From assembly GCF_006345805.1 (NCBI RefSeq), contig NC_043000.1:77376001-77440000 (forward strand): a stretch of DNA of 64,000 bases, read 5' to 3'. Both the position numbers and the translations under genes were made by a program. Source of the stretch: Octopus sinensis. Taxonomy: Eukaryota. Below are positions 34,151 to 46,029 of the stretch, piece by piece (position 1 is the stretch's first letter; every line of letters starts with the position of its first letter). The notes under the pieces were generated by a model. The model worked only from the letters and a program-made list of their open reading frames with translations. It was not told the DNA's origin and did no database searches.

Positions 34151-37100
34151 AGATGGAGTATGAAATCACGTTATTGTAAAATGAACTACTTCGTAAACAT
34201 GCAGTCAAGATTCAGTTGCATTCTGTATTACACGACTGTTTTTTCTTAGTTGAACTGGACGAAATTAACAGCAACAACAACGACAATAATATAAACAACT
34301 GAAACCATAACATCTAGAACAATAGCAGCTACAGGAATAACTATGATAAAATTACTAGCAATTATAACAGCAACAAGAGCAACATCAGTTACTACAACGA
34401 CAACAGTACAAAATATCAACAATAACAGCAACAACCACAACAAAACCAATAACACGAATAATAGTTACAACAACAATCACAGAAACTACGACAATAATAA
34501 GTTGGAACTGTTAACTGAAAAGCTACTAGTGTTATGCAAAAGGAGTTTTTCAGATTCTAAATTCCCGAGAGATAGAGATAGAGAGAGAGAGAGGGAGGGA
34601 GGGAGAGGGGGAGAGGAGAGAGGGAGTGAAAGAGACGGGTAGGGCTGACATAGATTGATAGAGAAAGATGGTAAGATAGGTAGATAGGTAGAGAAAGGGA
34701 AAGTGAGATACATACATTGATTCATACACATGGAGGGAGAGAAAAAAACAGAGGGAAAGAAATATATTTTAAATATATATATATTTTTCTCTTTTTCTTT
34801 CTTCCTCTCACTCTCTCTCTGTCTGCCCCTCCCTCCCTATATATAAATAAATATATATATATATATATATATATAGCGAGAGAGAGAGAGAGAGAGAGAG
34901 AGTGAGGAGGAGGAGGAACAGAACTAAAAAGAAATACAGAGAATCAAATTTCCATTCACTCGATTTTTCCTCCTTCTTTCTCGTATTCTATTTCTGTCAC
35001 ACTCTTACATACACACAAACATACACACGCGTACACACACACACGCACGTATGTGTGTGTGTATATATATATATAATGTATATACATTCTCTCTCTTTGC
35101 TTCACTCTCTCCCTCCCTCCCTCTAAATATGTGTGTGTGTGCGCGCGCGCTTGTCTGTGAGTTTGTGTGCGTATACACAAATGATAATGAAATATATATA
35201 TACGGACGTACATACATTCATACATATGCATACATACATATATGCTTGTGTGTGTGTATGTTGCATGTATGTATACGTAAATATGTATGCATGAATGGCT
35301 TTATGAATGGATGTACCTAGGTATATATAATATATTTCATTACCATTTAGTAAATGATAAATATACCACATCTGTTACCAAGTAGCAAGAGTTTAGTGTC
35401 AGAGAATCACTGATTCTACATATGATGCTATGGAAATGTTAATGGTAATTCTGTCTCTCGCCGAACATTCCAGATTTTTTATTCCTTTTTTATTGATTTC
35501 AATGGGAAATATTTGGTCTTTTCTTGGAGATGGAGATATCTGTTGCAGATGATAGGGAGAGGCTGGCAGAAGATCAATAGAACTAGCTTTCAACTCTTTC
35601 TTTATTTCCTGTGAGGAATATGCGGACACACGTCGTTATCTATGTATGAATATACGCACATATGCACCTACATATACATATTACATATACACGTACATTA
35701 ATACACACACACGCGCAAACATATATACACACATACATAGATACGTACATACGTACATACATAGATACGTACATACAAACATACATACGTGCATACATAC
35801 ATGCATACGTACATACATGCTCGTACATATTGTTTGAGTATATTTATACATTATAAACAATTGCCTCACGATGGATATCAATTTTATGCAGTTACACATC
35901 TGAGTATATATCAATACATGTGCATGATTTTTAACAGTTCGTATATATGCTCATATATACAGTAATACGCCAACGCTCATGCGTATATAATAGCTTGTGT
36001 ATTCGCATATATGTATATATATATATGTCTGTATACACATTTAAATGTATTTATACTTATATGTGAATTCATTCATATATCTGTCTCTGTCTGTCTGTCT
36101 CTCCCCTCTCTCTATATCTATCTATCTTTTGATCAGTATGTCACTCTGCTTGAATTCATGTTTGCCTGCCTATCAGCTTGCACATAGCTCTATACTTATT
36201 CACACACACAAATATACAAGCACACACTCTCTCACACATGCACACACACACACTCATAAGATTGTATATAAAGTATTATAATAATGTATATGTATGTATG
36301 TATGTGTGTGTGTGTGTGTGTGTGCGCGTGTGTGTGTGTGTGTGTTAATGTTAATACTGTATTTGCCTAGTTAAAAACGTTTTACAAAATATTAGTTACT
36401 CATACATAGAGAAGGGGAGAGAGATTAACAATAGAATTAGACAATGTAGATATAATGGATAAGATACAAGCTACTAATAAATAAAAGTACATTCTAAGGT
36501 GACAAGATAATTCTAATTATAAGGCAATGATGCCATTAAATATATGAAGAAATAATCGAAAAAATAACAATGCTTCGCATGATCAAAGCTTTCTTCGTAT
36601 TTATAACAGATTCACCTCTTTTGATTATCTCTTTAAACGTGTTTCTTAAATATTTGTGCACGTGCTTACATACATACATACATACATACATTCAGATATA
36701 TATATATATATGCACATATGCGCATGTGGGTTTATGTATTGTGCATGTGAACTGCGAATTCAAACGGCTTCTGGAGGAATGTTGCATGTCCGGAAATATA
36801 ATATATAAAATAAGATAATATAATACGTACACGCATGCATACATATACATATATATATGTATGCATATGATTATTTTGATACATATGTCATGATTTTTTT
36901 CTTGTTGTGAATGACTGACTTTTATTACAGCGTTGAAATATATAGAAATAGGAAAGAAGAGAGATAAGAAAAGAGAATAAAGAAAAGGTAGAAAGAAGGT
37001 GGGTGGGTGGGATAAAGCAGCGGAAGAGGGGCGAGGGGATGATGAGCCACATATCCCAGATCAAATGGTGTGCTCCTACATACACCATCTCGTGATGAAT

Positions 37101-38067
37101 GCAGTCTATAGGGCACTCCAATAGATTTCAACTTCAAGATGAATTCCTAATATAATTTGAGACATGTAATAAAACTATATTTGTTGAAACACTTTCTTAA
37201 AAATTATTCTTTTGATAGTCATGGAATATTTGAACTCAGATGTTTCAACTGAATTTTGAAACCACCTGGCTTACTGCTATTGTATATTAATCTGTGTCAC
37301 TCAAAATTTTTATTTATTTCTCACTGTTGTCTTGTTATAGTTATATCTCTACATGTGTAACTAGTTTCCAGGATCACAAGGGTGTCCCGATATATTTTAT
37401 TTTAATATGCCTTTCATTATTTCATTGCATTCATATGTATCTTTCTGCAACCTCAAGTTGCATAAGGCTCTTATGAAATCTCGTTAGAAATTCATAGTTA
37501 GTCATTTAGTCTTTTTTTTTTTCTACATTCAGCTCGATGCCAGTGCTTCGATACCCGCCCGGGAGCTTCTTGAAAGTTTTGGAATTTGAATTCAGAATGC
37601 AAAGAGCCGGAACAGATACTACAACATTCTTATAAGACGCTCAAAAATCCGCAGCCCTAAATTAGCGACACCGAGAGGTTGAATAGTAAAGTTGACCTCA
37701 ATGGGACAAAGGTGCAGAGAAATGAAAGAGATACTGCTGAATTCAGTCAGCTGCGGTATATTTCGACAAAGAAGTACTCAATCAATTAGAATGCGTGTGA
37801 GTGGGATTGTGTGTGTGTTTGTGTGTGTGTATATTTTGTGTGTATGTGTGTATGTGTGTTTACAAAAGTCTGTAATTTCGTTTGGCTACTTAGAGTTTCA
37901 TAATTGCTTCTAGATTGTAAATCAATCTTTAGACAAGTGGAAAACACCAACTGACTCTAATTAGTGAATTCTGTGTCTTATGAAGATTGTTTTTTTTAAT
38001 TCAACGCCGGATATTATGAAACTCTAAGTAACCCAATCGATAAATAGCTTTAAATAGTTTTTATACG

Positions 38068-38279
<212 letters not shown>

Positions 38280-38462
38280 ATGAATGAGTCAGCTCTAAAA
38301 TTTCTTGTCCTACTTCTCAGAATTTTACCGTATTTAGTGTTTGTCACACTTCATTGCACACGCTCACGTTAAATACTATTTATTGAATATATAAGCATAA
38401 TGAAAGATTATAGAAAATTACTATTTGTAAATTTCTGAACAAGAGATATTCAGCAACAATAC

Positions 38463-38753
38463 TCTAGAGTAAAGATTATTTGCCAACATAACATGGCAGT
38501 CCTGATTTAGGACGAATGTTGCTGTAATTTAGCCCCAGGAGACATCGGGGTCATTTCTCTTCCGCGGCAATCGCGATATACAGATATTGTTTTGAGCGGA
38601 GTGGGGGTGTTAAATGCCCTTGTTCGAAAATATAAGGGCGCAAATCGTGTCGTATAGCCAGCTGGAGACGATGTCTCCTGGGGCTAAATTACAACAACAT
38701 TCGTCCTAAACCAGGACTGCCATGTTATGTTGGCAAATAGTCTTTTCTCTAGA
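38463..38753. mobile_element. MITE with ~85-bp terminal inverted repeats
   Basis: tatttgccaacataacatggcagtcctgatttaggacgaatgttgctgtaatttagccccaggagacatcg versus its reverse complement at ~38668-38753. Confidence 0.88.
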
Positions 38754-38879
38754 TGAAAGATTATTTCAATATGTTTTTCAGAGAATTGTAATGAAGTGGG
38801 GTAAGAAATTTTAGTAACGATTCACTATTATATTGTATGCGTGTATATACATGTGTATGTGTGCGCGCGCGCGCGAGTG

Positions 38880-39050
38880 AGTGCGTGTGTATTCGTGCTT
38901 GTGTCTGTCCTTCCCACACCGGCTTGACAATCAGTATTGGTTTCTTTACGTCCCAGTAACAAAGCGGTTCAGCAAAAGAGGTCCATAGAATGAGTACCAG
39001 ACTTCAAAAGACAAGTACTGAGATAGGTTTCAAGGCGGTGCTCCAGTACA
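38880..39050 (+). mobile_element. SINE 3' part (another copy at 49740-49916)
   Basis: gcttgacaatc..tttacgtcc..aacaaagcggttcagcaaaagag..atagaatgagtacc..aaggcggtgctccag. Confidence 0.8.
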
Positions 39051-39073
39051 CAGACACACAGACACGCATACAC

Positions 39074-39108
<35 letters not shown>

Positions 39109-39780
39109 CACACACACGCATATACACATATGTATGTAGACACATATAATAGTGAATGTAGGTTATTCAATCATTAGTTATCAACCTTTATTCAAAGATA
39201 GTTATAACACTACCCGTTGTGTTACTACTGTTTTAAAAACATAGCATGTGACATGAGGGAAATTTGTCCACTCTATCTAGCAAATCGAGTGACAACGTTG
39301 GGGTTCTTTTATTAGCATACTGTACAAGTTAACAATTCTGCTATATATTCGGCCAGTTTCGACCCCGGTCTATCATTGTCAGTGGTGAAACAATGTTTCA
39401 ATTGTTTTTTCGTCCACTGAGAAACATTCGAAACATTGTCATTAGCCAAAATGATCCTCACAGAAAATGTGCAAAATGGTTTGAAAACAAATATCGAGCC
39501 TATATATATGAGAACTGTTTTGATATATATTTTACCTATATTGTACTTCTGTAAACATATCTTCTTCAAATTTCCACACATTTTCCCAGAAATTGTTGTG
39601 TATGTATGTATGTATGTATGTATGTATGTATGCATGCATGCGTAGTGGCGTGTGTCTCTCTCAACACACACATGCATAAATAGAAAGGTAGATAGGTAGA
39701 TAGATTTAGATATTCATAAAAGTGGGTATATGTGTGTGTGTGCGTGTGTGTGTGTGTGGTGTGTGTGTGTGTGTGTGTGA

Positions 39781-39850
<70 letters not shown>

Positions 39851-40968
39851 GTATATATGTATATGTATATATGTAGTTTCAAATCGGCTTCATTCGCCCG
39901 TAATAGGATTGTATCTGTGTTGCATTCAAATTATACACGTTCGATATTTTTTGTATATGAAGATGTATATTGATACTCTGATTATAAAATTCTTCTCATT
40001 AATCCAGACAAAAAAGTTGTTGCATTTCTTTGTTAGTGTTTTGCTTCGTTTGTTTGTGCTATACGTGTATGTGTACGTATGTGTTTATCTTTCTTGGAAT
40101 AAGCAAACTTCTCCCGTATACACGCGCGCGCGCACACATGCATGTATATGTATATCTATATAATTTCAGTGGCAAATTGACAAATTCATAAGAGCACCGG
40201 ACAAAATTCTTTACGATATATATTTCACCTCGTTACGCTCACATCTCAACTTAAACTTTTCTCTTTCCGGAGGTGATAAAGTTAGATCACCGGGTGGAAT
40301 GCTTTGTGGTATTTCTTCCGGCTCTTTGTGTTATGAATTCTAATCCTGCTGTACCATACATACACAGTAGACACACCACCTGGCACTTTGGGCACCGTTG
40401 GTGAAGCTCACCATGTGCAGGTATTCAGGCCATATTTACAGTTTGAGTAGGCCATCCTCCCTCCTTTCCGCCTGTTTTGAAAGCTCTGTTAAGCGTCATG
40501 GATGCAGTCTTTCTTTCTGTTTATTGCAGTTGTGTGTATCTGCATGTCTCCACGCCCGTCTGTATGCATTATGCATTATGCATTATGTATTCTATGTATT
40601 TCCACATACTTATCATTCACATGTATAAACATTTATATATCTATATGTTCATGGCGATATATATGGCTCGATTGTTGGGAGTTCTGATAGGATTCCTTGA
40701 GGCATCAGTTGCGTCTTTGTGTCCAGACGACAACCTCTGACACAAAGCTATTTTGACTATTATCCTTTTTATGGACAACATCGGTGGGCTAGAGTGATGA
40801 GGCTTACAGCCATGGGTAATTGTGGCATTCTTTTAATCCTCGCCCGGACCTGCTCCTTGTGAAGAACTTTCAAGGTGCAGACATATTTTGTCTATTACGG
40901 ATGGAAAATCCACTGATATACATAAATATACATATACATACCTAAATATATGTATACATCCACAAACA

Positions 40969-41036
<68 letters not shown>

Positions 41037-41208
41037 CACACACGCACACATATATATATATATATACACACACACATTATGTATTTATGCATTTGTAAAC
41101 TAGCTGGGATACTCTGTATTATTCGGAAAAGTCTGAGATGGTGACCAATTTCCTATAAAAAGCCACGCTGAATCTTTTCTCTGTATACAACGTTTATGTT
41201 CTTTGTCA

Positions 41209-44200
41209 GGTCTGCAAAAGTTCAACCCCTCCTCCACGGGGTGCAGACTGGGCAACGCGAGCACAGCAAGCCAGCTGTGCTAGCGGCAAACGGGGCTCTG
41301 ACAGTCATCAAGTTCTCAACGGTGGAACTGGCGGATGAAGTTGCCTTAACAACTCAACGGCTGTGAAGGCGGACGAAGGCTGTAGCAGACCATCGACTCC
41401 AATCGTCTCGGTTTACCTTGCCATTGGGTCAAGTTGGTGGTCTGTCAAGTTTACGTGTGCTTTACTGGGCGTGCGACCTCAAGCACACGTTAAAAATTTC
41501 ACGCACAGGCGTCTTCGCCACCACTCTTCTTCTTTCCAAGTCTTTCGGCGATCGGCGATGGATGACGGGAGCAGGCTCGTGAAAGCTGGAGGCTCCTAGT
41601 GCAGAACCGGCACGGATGCGGTGGTTACATGATTCAGTCGCTCTATCTTTCGGAAGAAGCAGGGAAGATGTTCGGCAGCAGTATCCACGACTGAGCAGCC
41701 CTGTTTAGGATCCACTCTGCTCACCCTGAATTGGGAAGGGGCTAGAAAAGGTGCCCTAAACATAGTCTGCTTCACCCCAATCCTGTCTGGAAAACCGCGT
41801 CCAGAGGGATCCCCATCATGCGGTCGAAAATCAAGATCAAGACACGCAACGCTGAAATTCGGGACCTGGAATGTCAGGACTCTCATAGATAACACCAACT
41901 CAGACAGACCCGAAAGGCGAACTGCAATCATCGCCCGGGAACTCCATCGATTCAATTTTGACATCGTAGCTCTCAGTGAAACCCGGAGAGCCGGAGAAGG
42001 CCGGCTGAGAGAAGAAGGCGGTCAATACACCTTTTTTGGAAAGGTTACGATCCCGACCATCAACGGATCCATGGTGTGGGTTTTGCAATACGAAACACCA
42101 TCCTATCCAAACTGACAGAGCAGCCCATCGGAATGTCCGCAAGACTCATGACCCTCCGAATCCAGCTTGTCAAAAGTCAGCACGCAACTATCATCAGCGC
42201 GTATGCTTCCACCCTTGACGCGGAAGATTTAGTCAAGGAAGAGTTTTACAGCCAGCTTGATAGCATTCTCTCTACCGTCCCAAAGGACGACAAGATCATT
42301 CTCCTGGGAGATTTCAACGCCAGAGTTGGGAGAGATCGTGAACTCTGGACAGGAACCATCGGAAAGGAAGGAGTGGGAAAAGTCAATGTCAATGGAACTC
42401 TGCTACTCACCAAATGTGCTGAACATAACCTGGTGATAACCAACACCCTTTTTCGCCAGAAGAATCGATATAAGGTCTCATGGCAGCATCCAAGATCTAA
42501 AAAATGGCATCTCATCGACTATATCATCGTGAGATTCCGAGGCCAGCAAAATGTGTTGCTCACCAGAGCCGCCACTGGAGCAGATGAGTGCTGGACAGAT
42601 CATCGCCTCATCGCCTCCTCCATGAAAATCAAACTCCGACCAAAAGTGAAATATCACAGCAAGGAAAGCAGAGTAAAGAAATTCAACATCGAAGCACTGC
42701 AAGACCCAAAAACTCGTGTCGCTTTCCAGCAGCGCCTACAGGTCAATCTTCAAAAAAAGACTCCAAATCATCTCGTCGAAGAAAATTGGAACCAGCTGAA
42801 AGAAACCAGCATCACCACTTGCGAAGAAACCATCGGTCGCAAGAAAAGGAAACACCAGGACTGGTTCGACGACAATGATGAAGCTCTCAAAGAACTGATC
42901 GACCAAAAACGGAAAGCTTTCATCAGCTCACAGAATGATCCAAAGTCTGTCACTAAACGAGAGTCTTTCAAAAAGTGCAAAGCCGCAGCTCAAAGGACAA
43001 CCCGTAGCCTGAAGAACCAGTGGTGGAGACACAAATCTCGTGAAATCCAGCAGCTAGCAGATGTAAACGACACCAGAGGGTTCTTCAAAGCCACGAGAGA
43101 AATATACGGACCTTCCACACATGGACAGGCTCCTCCGAAGAGTAAAGACGGAGCGACCATCCTGAAAAGCAATACCTAAATAGGAGACAGATGGAGAGAA
43201 CACTTTGATGACCTCCTCAATCACAAGGCTACCATCGACAAAAGCATACTTGACATGTTTCCTAAAGAGGCCAAATATTACTCTCTCGCTCGAATTCCAT
43301 CCCTCGAAGAGGTCAAAATTGCTATCACAACGATGAAGAACAACAAAGCCGCGGGTCCTGACAGAATCCCAGCTGAGTTCTACAAACTGGGAGGTGATTT
43401 TGTCCAACACCAGCCCCACCAACTCTTGGTCAAAATCTGGACAAATGAAGTTGTACCATCCGACTTCAGGGATGCTAACATCATTACCATTTACAAACGA
43501 AAAGGAGATCGGTCTGAGTGTGGAAATTTCGGGGTATTTCTTTATTAGCAACTGCTGGGAAGATTCTTGCACGCATCCTGAACAACTGCCTCAAAACGCT
43601 GTCAGAGAGGATCCTTCCTGAGACGCAGACCGGCTTTAGGCCATCACGAAGCACAACCGACATGATCTTCACGCTGCGACAGCTACAAGAAAAATGTCGT
43701 GAGCAACACCAACCGCTCTATTTGGCCTTTATCGACCTATCCAAAGCCTTTGATCGTGTCTCGCGAGAGCTCCTCTGGGATATTCTCGCCCAGTATGGAT
43801 GCCCAGATAAGTTCATCCGGATCCTCAAACTCCTCCACGACAATATGCACGCCAGAGTCCAGACCGACGGAGTGAAGCAAGGCTGCGTGATAGCGCCAAC
43901 TCTCTTTACCATCTTTATCGCGACAGTGTTGCACATCATACGAGATGACCTTCCACCTGGCATCGAGATCTCGTACAGAATGGACGGCAAGCTTTTCAAC
44001 CTCGCTCGCCTCAAAAGTACGTCAAAGACAATAGCGCGAAGCTTGCTAGACTTCCAATATGCCGACGACAACAGTGTAGCAGCTCACAGAGAGTATCACC
44101 TCCAACAGATCCTAAATGCTTTTCATCATGCATATACTAAACTTGGACTGAGCATCAACATCAAGAAGACTCACTTACTCTACCAATCTCCTCCCAATGC

Positions 44201-45057
44201 CCGTGTTTACGACCCGCCATCGATTCAACTCGAAGGAATTCCACTGGAAAATGTGAACCATTTCTGCTACCTTGGGAGCCATCTGTCAGCAATGGTAGAC
44301 CTCAGCGATGAAATCCAACACCGTCTGAAGTGTGCAGGAACAGCTTTCGGCAAGCTTCGAACAAGAGTTTTTGCTGATCGGGACATCCGAACCGAAACCA
44401 AACTCATGGTGTACAGGGCAGTCATTATTCCAACCCTCCTTTACGCATCCGAAACCTGGACCCCGTATAGTCACCACCTGAAAACGCTCGAGAAATTTCA
44501 CCAACGCTGTCTTCGGAAGATCCTTAACATCAGCTGGGAAGACAGAAGAACTAACGTCAGCGTGCTACATAAGCAAAAATGACCAGCATCGAAGCCTATG
44601 TCATCAAAGGCCAACTAAGATGGAGCGGCCACGTGGTTAGAATGACTGACGAACGACTTCCCAAACAGATCTTCTACTCCCAACTCAAAGACGGCAAGCG
44701 TACAAAAGGAGGCCAGAAGAAACGCTACAAGGACTCCCTGAAAACGAACCTCAAAAAGTGTGACATCGACTTCACTAACTGGGAGGAAACGGCAAAAAAC
44801 AGACTACTCTGGAAAACCACCATCCATGAGGGAACGGCGACTTTCGAGTCGAAAAGGTCTGCAGAGCTGGAGGAGAAAAGACGACGACGGAAGGAGCGCC
44901 AACAACAACCACGTGCGACTCTCCCTTCTGGCACTAGATGTCCGCACTGCGACCGATCTTTTCAAGCAAGAATTGGTCTTATCGGTCACCTACGGACTCA
45001 CCAGTAAATTTGCGTGAAGACTATCATCCTCGACCTTGAAGGATTGCCATCATCATC
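41209..45057 (+). mobile_element. Full-length RTE-clade LINE with 13-bp TSD
   Basis: TSD ATGTTCTTTGTCA at 41196-41208 and 45058-45070; ~600-bp 5' UTR; (CAT)n tail; APE-RT-C2H2 architecture. Confidence 0.96.
41818..45007 (+). pseudogene. RTE ORF (APE - RT - terminal CPHC..HLRTH zinc finger) with few lesions
   Basis: LKFGTWNVRTL, VALSETR, LLGDFNARVG, TDHRL, KAAGPDRIP, FIDLSKAFDRV, GVKQGCVIAP, FQYADD, CPHCDRSFQARIGLIGHLRTH; frameshifts near 41840, 42035, 43530 and 44575, TAA at 43177, small deletion near 43865. Confidence 0.95.
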
Positions 45058-45129
45058 ATGTTCTTTGTCACAATTACACGATTCAAGAATGTTCGTTACC
45101 TCTAACAAAGCATATACTAATTATGTTGG

Positions 45130-45800
45130 ATCTAGGACAATTCGCCGTAAGGAACTTCGTCGTAGGACAATTGGCCATAGGGCTATTCGCCGTAAGAGAA
45201 TTCGCCGTACGATATTTCGCCGCAAGGACATTTTGTAGTGAACCATAAGAAGAGAAGGATAAAAAATAAAAATAATGAAGGTTATACACTTTATTTAAAA
45301 ATAACGAATGTCATACATTTTATTTAAAAATAATGAAGGCTATACACTTTATCCAAAATTTAAGCTAAAAAAAGTAAAAAGCTAAAAATAATATGAAGTT
45401 CATTGAAATTCCACGAAAATAACGCTTCTTTTATTTTGATCGTAACCTTTGACAATGCTTAGCATGCGCTTATAAACATCTTTGTATATTTTTCTTGGTT
45501 GCGGTTTCTCCTCTTGCTGCATCTTTTTAGAAAGAATTTCTTTATTTTTCAAGACATTGATAAGTTTCCATAAATTTGGATGAGTATTTGTAATAGATTA
45601 TGGAAACCCTCTACTCCATTGTTGACTTAGGGCTCTTTCATGCATATTCCAAAGACTGATAGAAAAGTAGGAGGAGCTCTACGTCTACGAGCTCCCCAAT
45701 GTAATGCGTTTCAAAATATGCCAAAAAACTTCCAATAGACCTTGCCTCCATATTTTCTTTCTTGCCTATAAATGAAGTTAGAGTCGACTACGAGCTTATC
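45130..45800 (-). mobile_element. MULE (Mutator-like) DNA transposon 3' remnant with subterminal 15-bp repeats
   Basis: Minus strand SFLAYFETHYIG..LWNMH..NNGVEGFH..HPNLWKLINVLK..KIYKDV..IVKGY..YFRGISMNF; about seven ggacaattcgccgta-like units at 45133-45238. Confidence 0.8.
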
Positions 45801-46029
45801 ACGGGTTTAATAGTGTACACGACACAAAATAATAGTGTATTTAGGTATTTAGTATATGTACATACTTTATTATCTTCTCTTCTTCCTAGCTCTCCTTTCT
45901 GACCACTTCTGTCCGGCATTCGCCAAGATTGATCGCTAGACACAACCTTTTTTTATAATTATCTCTGTCTGCTTATTTCTGTGTTTCTTTCTGTTGAAGA
46001 ACGTAGGCTCGAAACGAAAAAGACTTGTA

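Noticed and set aside
35399-35629. 76-aa minus-strand ORF with natural-looking composition
   Set aside because: No motif, no convincing donor site and no phase-compatible neighbouring exon
37533-37800. Strong acceptor-like poly-T tract followed by CpG-containing unique sequence
   Set aside because: Stops in all frames within about 35 codons and no recognisable product; could be a terminal or UTR exon but unsupported
39312-39600. Possible mariner HTH fragment (NVSQWTKK..DNDRPGS)
   Set aside because: Too short and diverged, with no second TIR or catalytic motif
40368-40420. DTPPGT reading reminiscent of the ParA/Mrp/NUBP DTPPG motif
   Set aside because: No P-loop or other family motifs in any candidate exon; a five-residue match is expected by chance
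45133-45238. About seven 15-bp repeats that could suggest a CRISPR-like array
   Set aside because: No unique spacers, no cas genes and a eukaryotic context; they are subterminal repeats of the adjacent MULE remnant
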